This document shows positions 27,103-40,390 of a stretch of 50,095 nucleotides of DNA, one piece after another; within the stretch, counting starts at the first letter, position 1; each line of letters begins with the position of its first letter. The notes under the pieces were generated by a model. The model saw nothing but the letters and a program-made list of their open reading frames with translations, ran no database searches and was not told the origin of the DNA. The translations under genes and the position numbers were made by a program. The stretch spans positions 12,739,938-12,790,032 of the forward strand of contig NC_068999.1 in NCBI RefSeq assembly GCF_001194135.2, in the 5' to 3' direction. Origin of the DNA: Octopus bimaculoides. Taxonomy: Eukaryota.

Positions 27103-27250
27103 ATGTGTGTGTGTGTATGTGTGTGTGTGTATGTGTGTGTGTATGTGTGTCTGTGTGTCTGTGTGTATGTGTGTGTGTGTGTGTGTTTGTGGGTGTGTCT
27201 GCATGTGTGTATGTGTGTGTGCGCGCGTGCGTGTGCCTGTGCGGATGTGC
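27021..27250 (+). repeat. (TA)n/(TG)n compound microsatellite
   Basis: Seen directly in the sequence. Confidence 0.95.
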
Positions 27251-28654
27251 ACACAGGCGCACGTAAACACTCATACGCACATGCATACGAAGATACACAT
27301 CTACTTTTGTAGAGATGAAATATCATATACACAGCCCAGAATGGATATAAAAAATAATTCCTTTTAAAAGAATTGTATAAATTCACATAATTATCTCAAT
27401 ATGTGCAATTTTATGTGTCTTTATGTATATATTTCTGCTTTTCATATATGTACACCTGTGTTTTCATATGCATGCACGTAGTATATGTCTATCTACATAG
27501 ACGTCATTGCCGTACAATTACATTTAGAGGAAATACATATTGAAAAGTCAATATTACTACAAAAATATTTCTGGTTTATAACTGATTTCCAAATCTCATA
27601 TATATTCATGATTGTATTCTGCTGATAAAACATTTATCTTCCATGTAACCTGTGCAAACAGTCACCAAACAGCATTGCATTAATTTATTAAATCTACATT
27701 AGATTCTGCATTAAAGATTTACTTGGTGCTTGGCATATTGTTATATATTAGTTAGGATTGCATGAATCCTAACTCCGTACGTATATTTTAATTTTACTAC
27801 ATGCATGCTTTTATGTGAATGATTGATGGGGAGGCACCAGGACCAGAAGTATAAAGAAACAAAACAACAAAAAGATAAGCATATTCCGTATTTCTGCGAT
27901 AATGACATTCGACGTATAGAGAATGTTTCCATAGCAGCCATGAAGAGTTCCGAAATTTTATTTCAAATGCGGTACAAGCCTCAAATATAAAATGAAGTTT
28001 TTAAGAGAGATAATGAACAAATAATTACCATCAATTAATTTCTGCAGCTTATAGAGCAAGCTTTAACAGTAAAAACTTGGAAATATTGCGTTATATAAAT
28101 AATTTGTTTTAATAATTGGACTGAAACTCACACACGTAAACATGGCAGCTGGTGCCATGAAAGATTTATAATGCTTCATTCAATACCTCAAGTCTATTTT
28201 GTGAGTCTCCTTTGTACCACTCAGTGGTTTTCCACATTCCAGCGTTAAATTAATCATTGCAAGTATACAACTGTGTATATTACTGGTGTGTCGTTGTTGA
28301 GGAATTGGGTAGCTTTCTTTTAAGTGCCTCTGTTGGGTGTAATTTCTGCTCTGTGTGTTGTGACAGAAGATAATAGTGCTAAATGCTGATCATTCAATGT
28401 AATGCAACAGGAGATGCCCTGCATCTTTTTTCCTCCCATTAATAGCCCAAGAACATGTTTAGATCATAATTGTTAAACAGACATTGTGACTTTGTAATAT
28501 TTTTTAATACATATATTCAGCTTTTTTCATTTAAATATTAATTACTACTACAACTACATTTACCGGAATGTCTACCTCGGCGTAATTTCAGTACCGAAAG
28601 TAAGCACGGGCGAAATGCTGCGTGGTACCGATTTCACCACGTCACCGACTTCAT

Positions 28655-28877
28655 AATAATGGCAATAGTTTCTACTATAGGCAGCAGTCAAGAAATTGTG
28701 GGATATAGGGTAAGTCGATAACATCGACCTCAGTCCGGAACTGACAACTATTCTATCAACCCTGAAATGATGAAAGGTACATTCGACCTCAACGGAACTG
28801 GAAATCCGAAAGTGAAGAAACACGAAATTCCGCTAAGTGCTCTCTCCGGTGTATAAATATCTGCCAGCTTGTCGCAT
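28655..28877 (-). mobile_element. SINE family A, full length, with an adjacent partial copy at ~28572-28622
   Basis: Reverse complement reads gacaagctggcaga...cttagcggaatttcg...gaggtcga...gtcgatgttatcgacttacccc...tgcctatagtagaa. Confidence 0.8.
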
Positions 28878-29072
<195 letters not shown>

Positions 29073-31813
29073 TAGAAAGCATTGCTACCCTGGAAATATA
29101 TTATTATTTGATAGGTGCGTTTTACTCAAGGTGTGCCCAATTTTAAACGAACCATAATTCTTCACAGATTCACTAATTGTCATAATCGTTTTACCTAGGT
29201 TTTGCAATGTCTTAGCTTTTTAGCATACTCCATACGGTGTTATAGCTACTTGGTATATCTGCATCGCTAAATAATACGACACTGTCAAGAAAAACGGTAT
29301 AGATGTTTATTATAAGTGTTTGTATGCGTCAACGCTAAAATGATATATTGCCCATTTCTAAAAGAGATTTATGATAATATAAATGCTTGAGGTGATTTAT
29401 TGTTTTGAAGCTCTTGACATTTTGTAGCTCAGAATAAGCAGATCAGGTTTGAAATACAATTAAAAAACTATCGCTATATATTTTGCCAGAGTAAATGTAG
29501 TCCATACTGAAAGAGTAAGACATATTTTGGCAAAAGTTGCTTCTCTGAACCGATATTTGCGAAGATAGTTGTATATCAACATACGATCAATTGATATCAT
29601 GAAAATCCCGGTAAAAATCAGAAAGGTTTCTATGAATATTCCTTTTCGTTCGATAGCTATAAAGATTGTTATTATTATGCACATGTTTTTGGCTTCTTTA
29701 CGTCTGGACCTTAGCTTGTCTACCTAATACCGAATTTGTTTTGAATTACATTTAGCTATTAATATAAACCTTTCGGCATAACTTTATAACAATCAACAAC
29801 GGCATAAATGTGAGAAGAAATGTAAGTGTGAACATTTCTTAAATCCGTTTTAATAGTTTTACTTAAAACTCAATGTGACATAGCCCCTTCCCGATGCTAG
29901 GACATATGAAACTTAACGAGGTGTAAAATCCTTAGTTTTCCGACGGATGTGGAGTCCTTGTATGTTTTTATTAAAATCTCATGTTGTCTCGGATATTTGT
30001 ACATTTAGTTACATTCCAACGCCATAGGACCTCATGCCCGGATTTTCAGCTTCTTTACTTCTGGAATTGGTCAAAGAGGCAACCCTGATATTGCAAATGT
30101 CTTTGCTTTATTGCTGAAGTATTCCACATGACCATATATTGAAGTATATAATACTTTAACACTTTTAACGTTATTTCTTTTGTTACTCTTCAACACATGT
30201 TTTCTCTCGTTATTTTTAATTTACTATATTTACAGCTCCTCTTAATATGATGCTCATTTACGCAAAAAGAGAAACATTGACTGTCAGAAGAGCTCAGAAA
30301 CAAACCCACACACACGTGAGTGTGTATAGGTCAACAGTTGCCGTATAAATATTTTTTCTCAACATTTCTGGAGTAATGAAAGTATATATAATGCAGCATA
30401 AGATTGACGAAAGCACTAGGCAGTGAGATCAAACTACAAGCAGATTGTTGCCAGTAAATTACATAACCATATAGCTATGCTCTCTCATTTTTACGTATTA
30501 ATGTATTCGGTGTTCAAGTATGATAAATTTGTAACACATTAAGTTTAAACAAGAAGCAAGAATTACGAGATGAAAATAGACACTTAAATAAAATATCAAT
30601 ACTACATCGCTGATATCTTTTTTATTATTTAAGTAATGAATCTAAATGATACACTCTACATAAAGTTCAACTAGTAAAATAGCATAATGTATTAACAAAC
30701 AATGGATATATTTCGGAACACAAATATTAGCAAAAAAATTTAGTGCAGAAGCAGAACAGGAAAGCACAAAAAAAATTGGCAATCGGCTAATATGAAAATT
30801 ACAGTAACAGAACCAGTAATGACTAACATTGTGTACCGAGATAAAATAATTTTTATGAGTCTGTATATTTCTTTATATTTTCTCGACAGTTTTAGTACAA
30901 GTTGTATATAATATAACCTTTAACGTAATTCCATTTATACGTTCCATCCCCCACATATAAATATAAATATATATATATACGTATATATATATANNNNNNN
31001 NNNNNNNNNNNNNNNNNNNNNNNNNNNNNNNNNNNNNNNNNNNNNNNNNNNNNNNNNNNNNNNNNNNNNNNNNNNNNNNNNNNNNNNNNNNNNNNNNNNN
31101 NNNNNNNNNNNNNNNNNNNNNNNNNNNNNNNNNNNNNNNNNNNNNNNNNNNNNNNNNNNNNNNNNNNNNNNNNNNNNNNNNNNNNNNNNNNNNNNNNNNN
31201 NNNNNNNNNNNNNNNNNNNNNNNNNNNNNNNNNNNNNNNNNNNNNNNNNNNNNNNNNNNNNNNNNNNNNNNNNNNNNNNNNNNNNNNNNNNNNNNNNNNN
31301 NNNNNNNNNNNNNNNNNNNNNNNATATATATATATATAAATTCATATCTTTGCATTTTAACCTCATGTTTTCAGGAATCCCCGTAATATATACGTATGTG
31401 TAGTGTCAGTAATATCTCAATATACATATACTTTAGAATAAAGAGTGAGCTGAGAAGATGAGTGGGCTTTATTATGTGAAATAAATAAATGAGGGAACAA
31501 AGAACTATTTACATACATTTCCGCAATGTGATACTCTGCAATCAGTATTATGGACCATTCGATACTTATAAAATGAATTGCAAAGGCCACAAGGTTAGTT
31601 ATACTACTTACAAATCACTATAAATCTATGGTTTTTCGCACTTTCTATAGGTCTCCATTTTATCTGGTTTCTTTACGCTCAGTCATGCATAAAATGATTA
31701 ACTGTGTATTAACATACGTGTATTTCCATGCATGTTTTATGTATGCGTAATGAATATCTTATTAAGCGTCTACACACACATACATACATACATACATACA
31801 TACATACATACAT

Positions 31814-31857
<44 letters not shown>

Positions 31858-32029
31858 TATATACCCGCACACACACATATACGGATAGATAGACACATAC
31901 ATACGTACCTACATGATTAGACAGACATATAGACAAGCAGACGGTTGTCTGTGTGCTTGTGCCTGTTTCTTTTCATTCCGGCAGGATATATGTTGATTTG
32001 AAATTTAGACGTTAAAGCAACAATTCGAG

Positions 32030-32140
32030 AGGGAGTGTAAGTCAATTACATCGATCTCAGTGCCCAAGTGGTACTTAATTCATTGATCTCGAAAAGATAG
32101 AAGGCACAGTCAACCTCGAAGTATTTTCAACTCAGTACAT
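32030..32140 (-). mobile_element. SINE family A fragment
   Basis: gtaagtcaattacatcgatctcagtgcccaagtggtactt...gtcaacctcg is the reverse complement of the family body. Confidence 0.7.
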
Positions 32141-32819
32141 TAAGCTCTGCCTTCCACCGCATGTGAAGAGTAGACAAATAGTAAAAGGACAGTCTCGGTT
32201 CTATTTATTACGATAAAAGTGCCTACGTACTACCCAAGCATCGTTGCTGTCAAATGAGAGAAAGAAAAGGAAAATATATCTGAAGTTATTTTGGCACGTT
32301 TAACATCTTAGACTCGGATATATAGATTTATATTCAATGAGCTTACTCATTCTATAGATTCATGCCTACGGATGTACTTTTCAAAAAAAATATTAAGTAA
32401 TACTTATGATACCAACCGAGATCACACGAATATGAATTTCACATTATCCACCACAAAAATTTACTCAACATCTTCAAGCAACAACAGTCAATGGTAGGCG
32501 GTTGTTAAATATTAATTGACAGCCGAGTAGGAAAATGGATAACAAAAGACATAGACAAATATCTGTTCTCCAGATAAATAATTAGATTTTCGCAGAATGC
32601 TGCAAAACGTTTTATAGTTTTGCGTATGAAGCATTTTAAAGTATTCTTCCGGCTGTAAGCATGTATATAGAAACTTTATACGTTTGGCAAACTCATATCA
32701 AAGTACGTCTACGTGCACATAGTTTACACACTAACAGCCACACACAACATATGCACAGGCATATACATTTTTAAACAATGTATATATGTATATATATATA
32801 TATATGTATATATATCCGT

Positions 32820-32990
32820 TGTCATTTTTCGGTTTCACTCAGTAGCTAAGCTGGTAAACCACATTCAAGAATTATAGCCAAACGAATCAAGGCCAGGAAT
32901 TTAAATCGTTCTAGACCTGATATTCTTTCAGTCGGTCACCTCTCTAACCAACAGAAGTTATCCAGCAACGGAGGGCAAATATAAGCACAA
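32820..32990 (-). mobile_element. Degenerate SINE family B 3' half
   Basis: Weak similarity to 38190-38400 (ggtttcactcag...gaatcaaggccagga...tcagtcggtc). Confidence 0.35.
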
Positions 32991-33002
32991 ATATCTCATA
33001 TG

Positions 33003-33269
33003 TAATTAGTAAATGGAGTAAAACGCATATGTTAACTGAATACTTTTATTTCCAACATATGTTTCGGAGATTACAAATTATAGCTTCCATAGGAATAGGT
33101 GATGTTGATAAGAATGTAATCTTCTCTTCAGAGAAATGCATGGGAACCTGCTTAAACGTAAGACATTTTAACCGAATATGAGAACTGTAGTTTCAGAAGG
33201 TTGTTACGTAATATGTTGGAAATAAAACTATTCAGTTAACATATGCCTTTTACTACATTTACTAAATTT
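33003..33269. mobile_element. ~265-bp element with ~57-bp inverted arms, probably PLE-derived
   Basis: 33004-33060 versus the reverse complement of 33211-33268 differ at only three substitutions and one indel. Confidence 0.75.
33048..33137 (-). ncRNA. Minimal type I hammerhead ribozyme
   Basis: Minus strand: AUUUCU-CUGAAGA-GAAGAUUACA-(39-nt loop)-UGUAAUCUCC-GAAAC-AUAU-GUU^GGAAAU. All core nucleotides present. Stem I 6 bp, stem II 9 of 10 positions paired, palindromic stem III ACAUAUGU. Confidence 0.75.
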
Positions 33270-34654
33270 ATATATACTCAAGTACCCAAAATAACAAAGT
33301 GTTTCTACCTCATAAACAGCAGTTACGCCACAATTATCTTGTGATCTTTGCTACCCTGGTATCTATTAATCAATTTATTTTGTCCGAGTTAATTATTAAC
33401 TAGGAGAAAATAAGTACATATAATAATATATCTATCTATCTATATATTTATATAATATATCTATCTATCTATATATTTATATATATATATATATATANNN
33501 NNNNNNNNNNNNNNNNNNNNNNNNNNNNNNNNNNNNNNNNNNNNNNNNNNNNNNNNNNNNNNNNNNNNNNNNNNNNNNNNNNNNNNNNNNNNNNNNNNNN
33601 NNNNNNNNNNNNNNNNNNNNNNNNNNNNNNNNNNNNNNNNNNNNNNNNNNNNNNNNNNNNNNNNNNNNNNNNNNNNNNNNNNNNNNNNNNNNNNNNNNNN
33701 NNNNNNNNNNNNNNNNNNNNNNNNNNNNNNNNNNNNNNNNNNNNNNNNNNNNNNNNNNNNNNNNNNNNNNNNNNNNNNNNNNNNNNNNNNNNNNNNNNNN
33801 NNNNNNNNNNNNNNNNNNNNNNNNNNNNNNNNNNNNNNNNNNNNNNNNNNNNNNNNNNNNNNNNNNNNNNNNNNNNNNNNNNNNNNNNNNNNNNNNNNNN
33901 NNNNNNNNNNNNNNNNNNNNNNNNNNNNNNNNNNNNNNNNNNNNNNNNNNNNNNNNNNNNNNNNNNNNNNNNNNNNNNNNNNNNNNNNNNNNNNNNNNNN
34001 NNNNNNNNNNNNNNNNNNGAGTAGGCTGGAGTTTTCAAAGATGTCTTCCAATTTTGCTGGGCGTGATACTAACACAACTTGTTTATTGTAAGTACATCAA
34101 TCTCTAAATGATGTTTTCGCTTTGTGCATAAATACAAACGATATATGTTTGTGTGTGCGTCTATGTCAATGTGTGCGCGTGCGGCCGTGTCCATATACTT
34201 ATATATATATATATACAAACGCACACAAACAAGCCTACACACACATAAACACATACGTTATGCATCAGTGTGCATGAGTGTGTTGTTTTTCGTAGATATC
34301 TATATATAAGTAACAGTCAAGTTTATACATTTCGCTAATGCTTTTATATTGAATATCGCGTGTTACTTTACAATAAGATGTTTATACCGACGGCCATGTC
34401 TTGACGACATATTGCAAGGGACATCTTGGTTTTCTAAGGCGTTCAAATGTATTTTAGTGGAAGTTCATAACACATTTCAGAGATATAAACAGTTCAGTGA
34501 AGAAGAACACTTGAATTACTTAGAAATATAAACTTACCAATATGCTCTCGATTCAGGACAAACATCTATATTTGCAGAGTGAATTAAATGTACACACACT
34601 CCACACACCTTCAACATCAATGAAGTAACAAAGAATAGTTAACAACTTGTTTAT

Positions 34655-35005
34655 TCTTAAATTTGCTTCAGTCATTTAACTCCAGCCATGGGGTAGCTCT
34701 GTCTTTAGTCGAACAAATTCACCCCAGGATTTATTCGTTGTATGCCTACACACACACACACATACACACACACACACAGACGCACACACACACACATACA
34801 CACACACACACACACAGAGACACACACACATATATATATATATATACGACGGGTTTCTTTCAGTTTCCGTCTACCAAATCCACTCACAAGACTATGGTCG
34901 GCCCGAGGCTCCAGTAGAAGACACTTGCCCAATGTGCCACGCAGTGGAACTGAATCCGGAACCAAGTGGTTGGAAAGCAAGCTACGTACCACACATCCAC
35001 TCTTG
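34655..35005 (-). mobile_element. SINE family B with internal (CA)n, middle segment deleted
   Basis: Tail ttcagtcatttaactccagccatg...tttagtcgaacaaattcaccccagg, (CA)n 34745-34845, head tacgacgggtttctttcagtttccgtctacc...accacacatccactc. Confidence 0.9.
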
Positions 35006-37044
35006 GAGAGGAAAAATAAAAAAGATTTGTAGCGGAATTTGTTACACATGCATAAACGTGTATTTGTTATCGAGTAGTATTTTCGAATTCGCTAACATGT
35101 TTGTTTAGATATAAGTAATTTCTTTATTATAAATAACAGAGTTATTTGCTTACATCTTAGATGGAATGTCCCTGCAGTTTACGGCTTCAGAATTTTTAGT
35201 ATCAGAATTCACCGGAGACAGATGCAGGGACTTGAAACAATAACACTCATTATAGCTAGAACGATATTTAACAAGTTATTACAGGAAAAATTAACGAAGT
35301 AGTGATGGGGAAAATCATTGATGGTAGCTGTCTAGAAAAAGAAACTAAAAATTAAAACTAGAAAAAAACAAAAGCTGTTAGAAAAGAGATGTTAGAAAGA
35401 ATGTCTAGAGCTTATAAGCTAGTATCGAGTTAAGCAAAGTGGTACTTGCCTGTGATTTTCGCACGTGAAACTCATATTTGAGTATAGAATACCTGATCTG
35501 CTGCTTCGTCACGAGACGACACTCCCGAGTGTTAAGATCAGGAACGATAAGATAATTAGAGGTTGAACTCATGAGTCAATATAATCTACCAGTCCCGTCC
35601 CCAGACAAAAAATTTAGGGCGTGTGCCTATAGTAGAAATAATTTTATCATCGGTATAAGTAGGGAGAATAAGTGGAGGAATGGAACGAACAAAATGTTAG
35701 TATTGGTAGTTGCTGTAGCTGTAACACTAGTATCACTCGTAATATTATATTCTGTGTTCTCGAATAAAATGCGAAAACTGAACGAAAAATGTTAACGTTA
35801 CATTACATTTTCAACAGCTGCAGCTGTCCTTTGCTCGTCATTTTCTAAATAATGGAGTTTTAGCAGACATCTATTAACATACAATATACATTAGTAGTGG
35901 AAAAGAAAAATATCTATTTCTTTTGTTAAATTACTGCTATACTTCTTACACAAGTAGTTCTCTATTTGGTTTTTTCATTCGTCTTTTGTGTCCTTTATAT
36001 CATTGTTTGGTTATATATACTATGCATTTATATTTTTAGAAAAATACATAATTTTTTCTCGTTTTTTTCCTAACGTCCTAACATACAATTACTTCTGTGT
36101 CGCCTTTAGTTTCCCCTTCACTGTATCTGCCCCTTTTCATTGTATTAAATCGTATAATATATTACTCATGATTTTAACGACGTCTTTCAATTTCAATATT
36201 TCTGTCTCTATCACCATTCATTTGCTTTCCTTTCAGTTTCACAAGACTCTATCTTAGTATGGTACTACTCTTCCTATCACTTCCTTGACTCTCTTGGCTC
36301 AATCTTGTGTAAGTACTTTCACTAACACTAAATTCTTTAGAGACATATACATATATATGAGTTGTGTTTGCGTATGTGTGTAAAGTATGTATATATATAT
36401 ATATATATATATACATATATACCATATCACATATTATATAATGTATAAGATNNNNNNNNNNNNNNNNNNNNNNNNNNNNNNNNNNNNNNNNNNNNNNNNN
36501 NNNNNNNNNNNNNNNNNNNNNNNNNNNNNNNNNNNNNNNNNNNNNNNNNNNNNNNNNNNNNNNNNNNNNNNNNNNNNNNNNNNNNNNNNNNNNNNNNNNN
36601 NNNNNNNNNNNNNNNNNNNNNNNNNNNNNNNNNNNNNNNNNNNNNNNNNNNNNNNNNNNNNNNNNNNNNNNNNNNNNNNNNNNNNNNNNNNNNNNNNNNN
36701 NNNNNNNNNNNNNNNNNNNNNNNNNNNNNNNNNNNNNNNNNNNNNNNNNNNNNNNNNNNNNNNNNNNNNNNNNNNNNNNNNNNNNNNNNNNNNNNNNNNN
36801 NNNNNNNNNNNNNNNNNNNNNNNNNNNNNNNNNNNNNNNNNNNNNNNNNNNNNNNNNNNNNNNNNNNNNNNNNNNNNNNNNNNNNNNNNNNNNNNNNNNN
36901 NNNNNNNNNNNNNNNNNNNNNNNNNNNNNNNNNNNNNNNNNNNNNNNNNNNNNNNNNNNNNNNNNNNNNNNNNNNNNNNNNNNNNNNNNNNNNNNNNNNN
37001 NNNNNNNNNNNNNNNNNNNNNNNNNNNNNNNNNNTATATATATT

Positions 37045-37200
37045 ATCAGTACTCACCCACATTTGTCTACAGTAGTATTGGAATATATTTTAGAAAGGTT
37101 GTTGCCCGGTTTCCACGTTTGGACATTCAGTGCACCATCTTCAGCGACCATTCTCGTTCATCTCTTTGGAATTCTTGATTATGATCTGTTGTGTATCTGA
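37045..37200 (-). mobile_element. Possible PLE terminal remnant with degenerate hammerhead core
   Basis: Minus strand ctgaagatggtgcactgaatgtccaaacgt has CTGAAGA intact but caaac in place of GAAAC. Confidence 0.3.
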
Positions 37201-37946
37201 TCTCATTTAGAAATAAATTTATCTACAATGCAAAAGAATGATGGGAAATCAATGAATTCAACCGTGGCAATCTGTTTACTTTCCATAGTATAACTTATTA
37301 TTGCATTTCTGAATTCTTCTTTTCGTTTTACGTGGTGCTAAATTAGGTTTTCTTTTGAGATATGTTCTGCTACTACTTATGACATATTTGTGTAGAGCAA
37401 ACTCTTTGCTCAGTTGAGTTAATATATTTACGTCGTTTACGGGTATCGGTTGAGTATATATGTTCACGTACTTTGAATATTTACATATGCAAGATGTGTT
37501 GCATCTTATAAAAACCGCGTAGGTATTTCCCTCTGCAGAGTTTAGTTTAAATGGGTTAGTCATCTATAACTAAGCATTTTAAACAAAACACGTTTTAATA
37601 ACACCAGAATTTGCTCAAGTGTAGTTAAATGCAGGACGAACAATATGGCTACTGTATCATCGATATGGTCCATTTTTGTTTTAGTTGATGAACACAATTG
37701 TGTCCGATATAATTCGTCATCTCCGGGAGACCCATAGTATTGTCTTTGTGAATTCAATATTTATAAAACTTGTATTCATATTGCATGATTAAACTGCATG
37801 TATATAAGATATCAAAAAACACGAAAGTAGAATTAAACGTTTCTTCATCATTTCAATATATTAGTATGTTTGATAATTATCAAACACATTATTGTGACAA
37901 ATTCTATTTTTGTATCCGCTCAGTTGTCTGCAGGCACTTATTTGGT

Positions 37947-38157
37947 TAGCTGGCAGAAACGTTAGTAGGCCGGGTGAAATGCTTTGTGGTATTTCGTCTG
38001 TCTTTGTGTTCTGCGTTCAAATTGCACCGAGGTAGACTTTGCCTTTTCTCCTTTAGGAGTCGATAAATTACGTACCACTTGCGTACTGGGATCGATCTAA
38101 TCGACTGGCCCCCGACACCAACATTTTGTGCGTCGTGTCTAGAGGAGAAAAGAATGT
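37947..38157 (+). mobile_element. SINE family A, full length
   Basis: agctggcagaaacgttagtaggccgggtgaaatgc...gtactggggatcgatctaatcgactggccccc. Confidence 0.9.
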
Positions 38158-38184
38158 TATATGATTTCATTGTTTTCTTTTGAT

Positions 38185-38712
38185 GTTTTCTTTTACCTGT
38201 TTCAGTCAATAGAAGTTTGCCACGCTCGGGCACAAACTTGAAGAACATTCAGTCGTATAAATCGACTTCAGGTCTTACTTTTTATACCTGACGCTTATTC
38301 TATCGGTTTCTGTTGCCGAGCTGTGTAGTTACGAGGGCTTTAGACACTAACGGTTGACAGACGGTGGTGGGGCACACAAAGGCACAAAGACACCCAGCCA
38401 TGCTCATGCCCAAATATGTACATTTTTGTGTGTGTATACACATAGATACATACATACAAACATATCTGTATACATGTATATATAAATTATGTGTCTGTCT
38501 ATGTATGTATGTACGTATGTATGTATGTATGTATGTATGTATGTATGCATGTATGTATGTATACGGCGGAGTTTCAGTTTCCGTCTACCAATTCCACTCA
38601 CAAGGCTTTTGTAGGCGCGACGCTATAGTAGAATGCACTTTACCAAAGTACCACTTCTTAGAATCGAACCCGAAAACATGTGGTTGGAAAAGAAGCTTCT
38701 TACTATACAGCT
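38185..38712 (-). mobile_element. SINE family B, complete architecture with internal (TATG)n
   Basis: Tail cttttacctgtttcagtca, middle ttattctatcggtttctgttgccgag...ggtggtgggg, microsatellite ~38430-38560, head gtttccgtctacca...ggaaaagaagcttcttactatacagc. Confidence 0.9.
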
Positions 38713-39344
38713 ATAAATATTAAAATGGAAGCAACGTTCTGAGCATCCAAGCAAGCCTAAGTAAGTATAAATAAAGTAAAGCAGATAAGAGGATACAAAG
38801 TAATTATCACATGCTCACAAATAAGTTGATGTGTAGCAAATTTCTTTCTGGTATACGCGCTAAGCGCAAATTAAAACTGCCTTATATGGCGCGAATAATA
38901 TTTAAGTTGCAATGAATCAAATAAGGTTTGAACAAAATGTGATCTAATGCAAACACTGGCAAGAACATGCCAAAAAAATTGCACATATTTTTGGAGAGTG
39001 AACCTCACGTAGAATTGTAGTTATGAATCGCAAGAAAACTTGATCTTTCATAGTTATGGATTTCATTGATTTCAAAAATGGAAAAAAAAAAAATTATCTT
39101 CAACGTTGAGATCAGGTTTGGTAAATATATACGCAATATGCAATATGCAATACTGTTTATCACAATATATATATATCGATACCGATATGTTTTCTTTTTT
39201 TGCTTCTAAAATATAAGAACAGAAAAAACTTCAGTGATCTGACATGCTCCATAAGGAACAATTGGAGTAAAGTTCGTATTCATATCCATGTACACATACA
39301 TCTATGTGTGCGTGCGTGTATTATATATATATATATCCATGTAT

Positions 39345-39437
39345 GGAGAGAGAGAGGCAGAGAGAGAGAGAGAGAGGCAGAGAGAGAGAGAGAGAGAGAC
39401 AGAGATAGAGAGAGGAAGAGAGAGATGGATAGATAGA
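39345..39437 (+). repeat. (GA)n microsatellite
   Basis: Seen directly in the sequence. Confidence 0.95.
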
Positions 39438-40317
39438 TAACAAAATATATTATATATTACGTTTACATATGAGTGTGTGTTTGTTTGTATGCATGTGTAT
39501 AACAATTTATCCATACGCTAATAAATGTTTTGGGCACGTGTGAATCTCTAAAATATAAAATTGTAAGCACGTTGTGTAAAATATATTGCACCGCGATTTG
39601 AAATATTTTGTGTTAATGATGAGAATCGAACTATTTAAAGCACCAGCAACAAGATTGTGAAAGAAGTGATCTTCTGTGTTACAATACGGTCCTGCAACTC
39701 TTGAAAAATCACACTCCTAAATGATGTTATTTAAATTAACATTTCATGTACATTAAATTCAAACCTACTATGATGGATTCGCTAGTAACAATTAGATTTA
39801 TATATATATTTCAGTAAAAAAAAAAAAATGCGGTTCTTGACAGTTATCAGATTTAAAATCATGAAACGCAAAGGAATAACGAAACAAGGAAGTAAATAAA
39901 GTGAATGCAATGAATTACAGATCCTTTAATGTATTATTGTGGTATTTTTCAAGAATATTCCAATGTATTATAGTTCTTTCAATAGAAACAAACACATCGA
40001 AAAAGGAATATGATGTAAACCATGAAGGCGAAAGAGAAACAACTAAAATCAATACAGCAAAAGGACAAGGTTTAGCAAAAGAAAAATATCGCTTTAATAC
40101 AATGTTCTGTTAGTATTAGAGTTTTAGCTTAAATAATTTTATACCTGAGATAATAACTTTTTAAAATACATTATTATCATTTCTAGATGTATTCGTTTTC
40201 ATACCATAAATAAATCATTGAGACATCTGAATAGCCATTGTATATTATTTGTATCTTTCTCTACCCTCTTTATGTTCTTTCTATTTATCTTTGCATCATT
40301 CTGCCTCCATTACACGC

Positions 40318-40321
<4 letters not shown>

Positions 40322-40384
<63 letters not shown>

Positions 40385-40390
40385 TTCTCT
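40322..40390 (+). repeat. (CT)n microsatellite
   Basis: Seen directly in the sequence. Confidence 0.95.
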
